Source: Planctomycetota bacterium (GTDB lineage Bacteria; Planctomycetota; UBA1135; UBA2386). Taken from it: DNA of 64,000 nt. The translations under genes and the position numbers were made by a program. Shown one piece after another: positions 59,366 to 64,000 of this stretch. The stretch covers positions 1 to 64,000 of the forward strand of contig CANMWZ010000007.1 in the NCBI GenBank assembly GCA_947501605.1. The letters are read 5' to 3'. The notes beneath the pieces are model-generated. The model was not told the origin of the DNA. It was given only the letters and a program-made list of their open reading frames with translations, and did not search any database. Positions within the stretch are counted from its first letter, which is position 1; the number at the start of each line of letters is the position of its first letter.

Positions 59366-60502
59366 GTGAGCGCCGTCGAACCTACAGCTCCACCGAGGCC
59401 GCCGGCGCTCGACGAAACCGTCAGTCGCAAACTGCGAGCGCTGTCGTTGCTCGGCATCGTCATGGTGGTGGTTGGTCACGCGCCGTCCTACCGCGACCCC
59501 GCGGCGCCCAGTGATCGCACGCTGTGGTTCGGGTTCTTCGAGCGGTTGTTCACCGACGCATTGCCGCGCGTCGTCGTGATGATGTTCTTCGCCATTGCGG
59601 GCTTCCTGTTCTGCTTTGGCCACAACGGCACCTGGGTCGTGCATCGGCGGAAATTCGCCGCGCGGACCCGATCGTTGCTGGGGCCGTACCTGTTGTGGTC
59701 GCTGCTCGGCCTCTTGCTCTACCTCGCGCTGCAGTCGTTGCCGGTGACCGCCGCGTGGTTTGAGAACTCGTCGCGCAAGCTGACGGACAAGACGATCGGT
59801 GAGTTGGCGATGCGCCTGTTGTTCGAGCCCATCCCGTACCAATTGTGGTTTCTCCGCGATCTGTGGTTGATGGTGCTGCTGTCGCCGCTGTTGCTCGCGC
59901 TCCTGACTCGCTTCGGCGTCGTCGTGATCGTGGTGTTGGCGGTGCCGCACCTGCTGGATCTCGGCGTGTCGAGTCCGTTGTCAACGCGCCTGTTGACCGG
60001 CGATGCCTACTTCTGGTTCGCATTCGGCGCCTGGTTTGCCGTTCGGCGACTGCCACTGGTGTACGACGTGAAGTGGGCGCCGGTGTGGCTTGCAGTTCTG
60101 CTGGCAGTGGCGTCGGGGCGAGCGTGGCTGCTCGCGAACGCAACTTGGCGCGTCGATACGCCGTTTGCCGAGACCCCGGACCTGTGGTGGTTCAAGGGTG
60201 TCCACCTCGTCGGCGTGCCCGCGTTGTGGGTGATCTACGACCGCTGGTTGCGCTGGATGGAGCGACCGTTCTGGTTGCGCATCAGTGGCTACGCGTTCTT
60301 CGTGTTCGCGGCCCACGAGCCACTGATGAGCATGTTGCGCAAGCCGCTGATGCGTTGGCTCGGCACTGGCGACGCGATGCACGCGTTGCAGTTCGGCCTC
60401 ACGCTGTTCGGCACTCTGGCGATCGTGCTCGGCTGCGGCGTTCTGTTGCGCCGCTTCGCGCCGTCGGTGTTTCTGTTCGTCTGCGGCGGCCGCGGCGCGT
60501 AG
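59366..60502 (+). CDS. Acyltransferase family 3 (OafA-like) membrane protein
   Basis: LRALSLLGIVMVVVGH, VMMFFAIAGFLF, LLGPYLLWS and YQLWFLRDL motifs. About 10 TM helices. Confidence 0.88.
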   Translation: MSAVEPTAPPRPPALDETVSRKLRALSLLGIVMVVVGHAPSYRDPAAPSDRTLWFGFFERLFTDALPRVVVMMFFAIAGFLFCFGHNGTWVVHRRKFAARTRSLLGPYLLWSLLGLLLYLALQSLPVTAAWFENSSRKLTDKTIGELAMRLLFEPIPYQLWFLRDLWLMVLLSPLLLALLTRFGVVVIVVLAVPHLLDLGVSSPLSTRLLTGDAYFWFAFGAWFAVRRLPLVYDVKWAPVWLAVLLAVASGRAWLLANATWRVDTPFAETPDLWWFKGVHLVGVPALWVIYDRWLRWMERPFWLRISGYAFFVFAAHEPLMSMLRKPLMRWLGTGDAMHALQFGLTLFGTLAIVLGCGVLLRRFAPSVFLFVCGGRGA

Positions 60503-60518
60503 CTGGTGGCGGTGGCGA

Positions 60519-61472
60519 TCAGCGGAAGTTGATCACGTGAGCGTTGGTGATCGTGCAGAGGCCGTTGCGGGCGTTGGTCGAGATCGTGCCGCCCTGGAGC
60601 CACACGGACTGGCCGGCCCACACCGATTGCACCGTGAAGCTCAACGTCGGGCTCGGGCCGTTGCTCGGCAGGATCGAAATCGGCAGCGCCACGATCGCTG
60701 AGGCTCCAAACCATGTGTCCGCCAGCGGGCCGATCGGCGTCTGGCCCGTCGGCAGCACGTCGGCGACGATCAGGCAGAAGGTGTTGCCCTCGGTGTCGAA
60801 GGGCGAACGCAGCGCGGCGCGGACGACGTTGCCGGCCACCGCGTTCTTGATGTCGACCTGGTCGAGCGTCGTGTTGGCGCCGATCGCGGTGCCGAGTTCG
60901 CAGTCTTCGAGCGAGCCGGGGTGGGCCGACGGGCTGATCACGGTTACTTCGATGCCGAGGTTGGCATCGAGGTCGGTGTTATCGCTGTAGAAGCTGTCGG
61001 GCACGCAGACGAACAGGTGCACGGTGCCGGCTGGTACCCTGACGTTGATCTCGTTGGCATAGCCCGTCCGGCTGATCCAAAAGTCCTGCGCGATGTCGCG
61101 CGGGAGATTGCCCACCGACGTCCCGGTCGTCGGCACATAGGCTGGGCCGGCGGCGATGGGTTGTGGCAAGCGGTTCTGGTTGTCGGGTGTCAACAACACG
61201 CCGGTTGCTGCGAAGCAGCCGACCATGTCGCGCAGCACTTCACCGGAGATGCCGTTGTTCCACTCGCCGACGCAGCGCAGCTTGAGCCAGTTGCCGGGGA
61301 CGACACCGAAGGCGCCGATCGGCAGGGACCATGCGTTGGTGGCGCCGCTGTCGGCATTGGTGCGATGGAACGTGTTGGTGGGTACGAGTGGAAAGATCTG
61401 TTGCGCCGTGGCGGTGGCAGCCACGAGCAGCATCGCCAGCGCGACGCTGCTGGAAGGGAGTTGGGAGCGCAT
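60519..61472 (-). CDS. Secreted hypothetical protein
   Basis: Signal peptide (..AATATAQ), DSFYSDN motif and C-terminal VWLQG...ITNAHVI. Start placed at ATG 61472. Confidence 0.75.
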   Translation of the reverse strand: MRSQLPSSSVALAMLLVAATATAQQIFPLVPTNTFHRTNADSGATNAWSLPIGAFGVVPGNWLKLRCVGEWNNGISGEVLRDMVGCFAATGVLLTPDNQNRLPQPIAAGPAYVPTTGTSVGNLPRDIAQDFWISRTGYANEINVRVPAGTVHLFVCVPDSFYSDNTDLDANLGIEVTVISPSAHPGSLEDCELGTAIGANTTLDQVDIKNAVAGNVVRAALRSPFDTEGNTFCLIVADVLPTGQTPIGPLADTWFGASAIVALPISILPSNGPSPTLSFTVQSVWAGQSVWLQGGTISTNARNGLCTITNAHVINFR

Positions 61473-61649
61473 GTGTGCAGGTCCTGGGGTGGAGGTCAGA
61501 TGGTAACGGATACGAAAAGCGTGTGCTGACGGCTGCAGCAGCACCTGGGTCTTGGGTGAGCGCGGCGTCGGCGACTCTGGCTGTGGGGCGTAGTGGTTCG
61601 ATCGCGGCGAGTTGTCACGGGGCGCAAAGAAGGAAAGGTCGATGCCATC

Positions 61650-62843
61650 TCAGGAACGCCTCCGTACGGCGGCATAGGTTGCGAGCAGTCGGGCCGCGTC
61701 CTGCGCTGGCGTGAAGTGCTGCAGGTAGCGCGCGCGCGCACCGCGGCCCAAGCTTGCTGTGAGGGCGGGATCCTGGGCCAACAGGTCCATGGCCGCAGCA
61801 AAGGCCTCGGCATCGCCGGCTGCCACGCGCAGGCCGGAGGTCTCGTCGACGACTTCTTGGAGGGCGCCGATCGAAGAGGCGATGACCGGGCGACCCGCGG
61901 CAAATGCCTCGATGGCCGTGAGTCCAAAGGTCTCGTACCAGATGCTCGGCAGCAGCACGGCGGTGGCCGCGGCCATGTGGGTCTGCAAGTCAGCGGGCGT
62001 CAACTGGCCGAGCAGCGACACCCGGCCGCCGAGCCCTCGTGCCATCGTCTCCAGTCGCCCGCGCTCGGGCCCCTCGCCGGCGATCTGCAGTCGCCAGGGT
62101 GCACGTGCGTGTCGGCAGGCTTCGAGGAGGACGTGAACGCCTTTCTCTTCGACCAGGCGGCAGGCGACGAGGAACACTGGCGGTCCGCCGTCGGCGCGCT
62201 GTGCCAGTGCCGCCGCAGCCGGTTCGCCGGGGTCCTCGCACGACAGCCACTTCGTCTGCACGCGGTCCGCAGCGAACCCGGCGTCGAGGAACTGCTGGCG
62301 CGCAAACGAGGTCGGCACCAGGATGCGGTCTATGCGGTGAAAGGTCGAAAGCGCGCGATGCAGTGCCGTTCCGACGAACCTCGTGCTGCTGCCGACGACG
62401 CCGCGGTAGCAGCGGTGCGCGATCCCTGACCAAGGAAGCGAGCCCTTGCAGTCGGTGCAGATCGCGCCATCGCGGAAGAACACGCCGTTGAGGCAGAACA
62501 GATAGAAGTTGTGCGCGGTGAAGACCGTTGCCACGCCTTCGCGACGAGCCGCAGCGAACACCGCAGGCGACAGCAGCGGCCAGACGTTGTGGGCGTGCAC
62601 GACGTCGGGCCGGTGTTGGCGACAGAGCGCGCGAACGCGGCGATGGGCCGACAGCGACCACGCGTTGCGCAGGGGCAAGGCGAGCTTCTCGAAGAAGCCC
62701 ATGTCGCGGATGGCGTCGTTGTGCGCCGCCTCCTGCACCACCGTGACGCCCGGCTGCGCTGCGAGCAACCGCGCTTCTCGTTCGGCCGCAGCCGACTCTC
62801 CGCCCCAGACTTGATAGTGGTTGTGGAGCCAGAGGATCTTCAT
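61650..62843 (-). CDS. Glycosyltransferase family 4
   Basis: HNHYQVWGGE, HAHN, RLVEEKG and PSIWYETFGLTAIEAFAAGRPV motifs. Confidence 0.92.
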   Translation of the reverse strand: MKILWLHNHYQVWGGESAAAEREARLLAAQPGVTVVQEAAHNDAIRDMGFFEKLALPLRNAWSLSAHRRVRALCRQHRPDVVHAHNVWPLLSPAVFAAARREGVATVFTAHNFYLFCLNGVFFRDGAICTDCKGSLPWSGIAHRCYRGVVGSSTRFVGTALHRALSTFHRIDRILVPTSFARQQFLDAGFAADRVQTKWLSCEDPGEPAAAALAQRADGGPPVFLVACRLVEEKGVHVLLEACRHARAPWRLQIAGEGPERGRLETMARGLGGRVSLLGQLTPADLQTHMAAATAVLLPSIWYETFGLTAIEAFAAGRPVIASSIGALQEVVDETSGLRVAAGDAEAFAAAMDLLAQDPALTASLGRGARARYLQHFTPAQDAARLLATYAAVRRRS

Positions 62844-63982
62844 TGGCGACCTCCGCAGAGGGCCACGAAACCGGCGGTTGCCTCAGCGCCGAGGCGTGCG
62901 GGCGAGAATCGCGTTTTGGCGATGTCGTAGGCCCGAGCCGCAAGCGCGGTGCGTTGGGCGGGATCGCTTGCGAGCGCATCGATCGCCGCTGCCATCGCCG
63001 GGACATCGCCCGGAGGCACCAGCACTCCAGCTTTGCCGTGGTCCAACGCCGAGCGGACATCCCCAACGTCGGTACTGACGATGGGGCGCTTCAGCAGCAT
63101 CGCTTCGAGCACGGCCAGCGGGAGGCTCTCGCGCAGCGACGCATAGACAAAGAGATCCAAGGCGCCAACCGTTGCCAGTGTGTCTCGCGGCTCCTGGCGA
63201 CCGATCACATGGATGCGACCCGCCGCGCGCGGACTCGCTGCCAGGCGGCGGAGGTTGGCCTCTTCGTCGCCGTAGCCCAGCAGGATCGCATGGACTCGCT
63301 TCTCCGCGCAACGGAGCACTGCTTCGGCGAGCAAGGCGTGGCCCTTTGCCGGGTGCAGCCGCGCGTGCATGCCCACGGCGAAGGCGCCAGCAGGAAGCCC
63401 GAGTGCAATCCGCGCCGCCGCGCTCTGCTGTGCGGCATCCCCGACGATGGCGGGGTCCAGTGCGTTCTGAAAGCAACGCAGTGTGACTCGCGACGGCAGC
63501 CCTCGACGGACGTCCGCTACGGCGCGCTGCGATCCGACCCAGACTTCGTCGGCGCTGCGAATGCACATGCGGTCCATGAACTCGAACGCGCGAATTCGTG
63601 CCGAGCCTTCGCGGCCGACCCAACCGTGGACATGTGCGACCCATGGGACACCGAGCCCGCGCCGCGCGCCGGCGAGCCGGCACAGCAAGTCGCAGCGCAT
63701 GTCGTGGCTGTAGACCGCGGCGGCGCCGGTCGTTCGGATCAGAGCTCGCAGCGCTGCGATTGCAGGGCGACTGCGCCGGGCGCCGTGCCACGCGATCGTG
63801 TGGTGCTGCAAGTGCGTCAGCCGGCTGGAAGTGAAGTGCACCGACGACGGCTGACCTGCAGTTGCGACTTCGACCAGAACGGGTTCGACGCTGGCGCGGT
63901 CGAAGTGAGCGAGCATCGTCTCCAGCAACCGTCCGGCGCCGCAGACTGGGAAGTAGTTGGCCTTGAGCACGAGCACTTTCAT
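62840..63982 (-). CDS. Glycosyltransferase family 4
   Basis: ARLHPAKG and SLRESLPLAVLEAMLLKRPIVSTDVG motifs. ATGA overlap with the downstream GT4 gene. Confidence 0.92.
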   Translation of the reverse strand: MKVLVLKANYFPVCGAGRLLETMLAHFDRASVEPVLVEVATAGQPSSVHFTSSRLTHLQHHTIAWHGARRSRPAIAALRALIRTTGAAAVYSHDMRCDLLCRLAGARRGLGVPWVAHVHGWVGREGSARIRAFEFMDRMCIRSADEVWVGSQRAVADVRRGLPSRVTLRCFQNALDPAIVGDAAQQSAAARIALGLPAGAFAVGMHARLHPAKGHALLAEAVLRCAEKRVHAILLGYGDEEANLRRLAASPRAAGRIHVIGRQEPRDTLATVGALDLFVYASLRESLPLAVLEAMLLKRPIVSTDVGDVRSALDHGKAGVLVPPGDVPAMAAAIDALASDPAQRTALAARAYDIAKTRFSPARLGAEATAGFVALCGGRQ

Positions 63983-64000
63983 GTCGCGCCCTCTGGGTGG

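Overview
High-GC bacterial window, most likely from a Planctomycetota genome (DUF1549/DUF1553 + DUF1501 gene pair, CRTAC1/ASPIC protein, many secreted hypotheticals). From left to right it contains: the left end of an IS66 element; a multicopper oxidase; futalosine-pathway mqnC/mqnE; a duplicated membrane-protein module with a low-GC secreted gene; a signalling block (PTS enzyme I coupled to a 4x Myb/SANT-like repeat protein, STAS, PAS histidine kinase, CheY-like receiver, HD-GYP-like remnant, HDOD); gcvT-gcvH-lipoate ligase; an unusual MglA/MglB polarity-type locus; housekeeping genes (metG, leuS, acyl-CoA dehydrogenase); secreted enzymes; an ECF sigma/anti-sigma pair; and GT4 glycosyltransferases. 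The strongest candidate for an undescribed system is the Mgl locus: a trans-envelope DUF4388-TPR-TM-PEGA-beta-propeller protein, three roadblock-domain proteins, and an MglA GTPase carrying a Pro/Ala linker and C-terminal membrane anchor. It shares a CTCAA-N16/17-GYCGAT upstream motif with the STAS/kinase block. Two genes absent from the ORF track were found: a SelW/Rdx-type selenoprotein (CxxU, in-frame TGA plus SECIS-like hairpin) and a 26-aa Lys-rich histone-H1-like peptide. No rRNA, tRNA or CRISPR array was seen. All family calls come from recognising motifs by eye, not from database searches.
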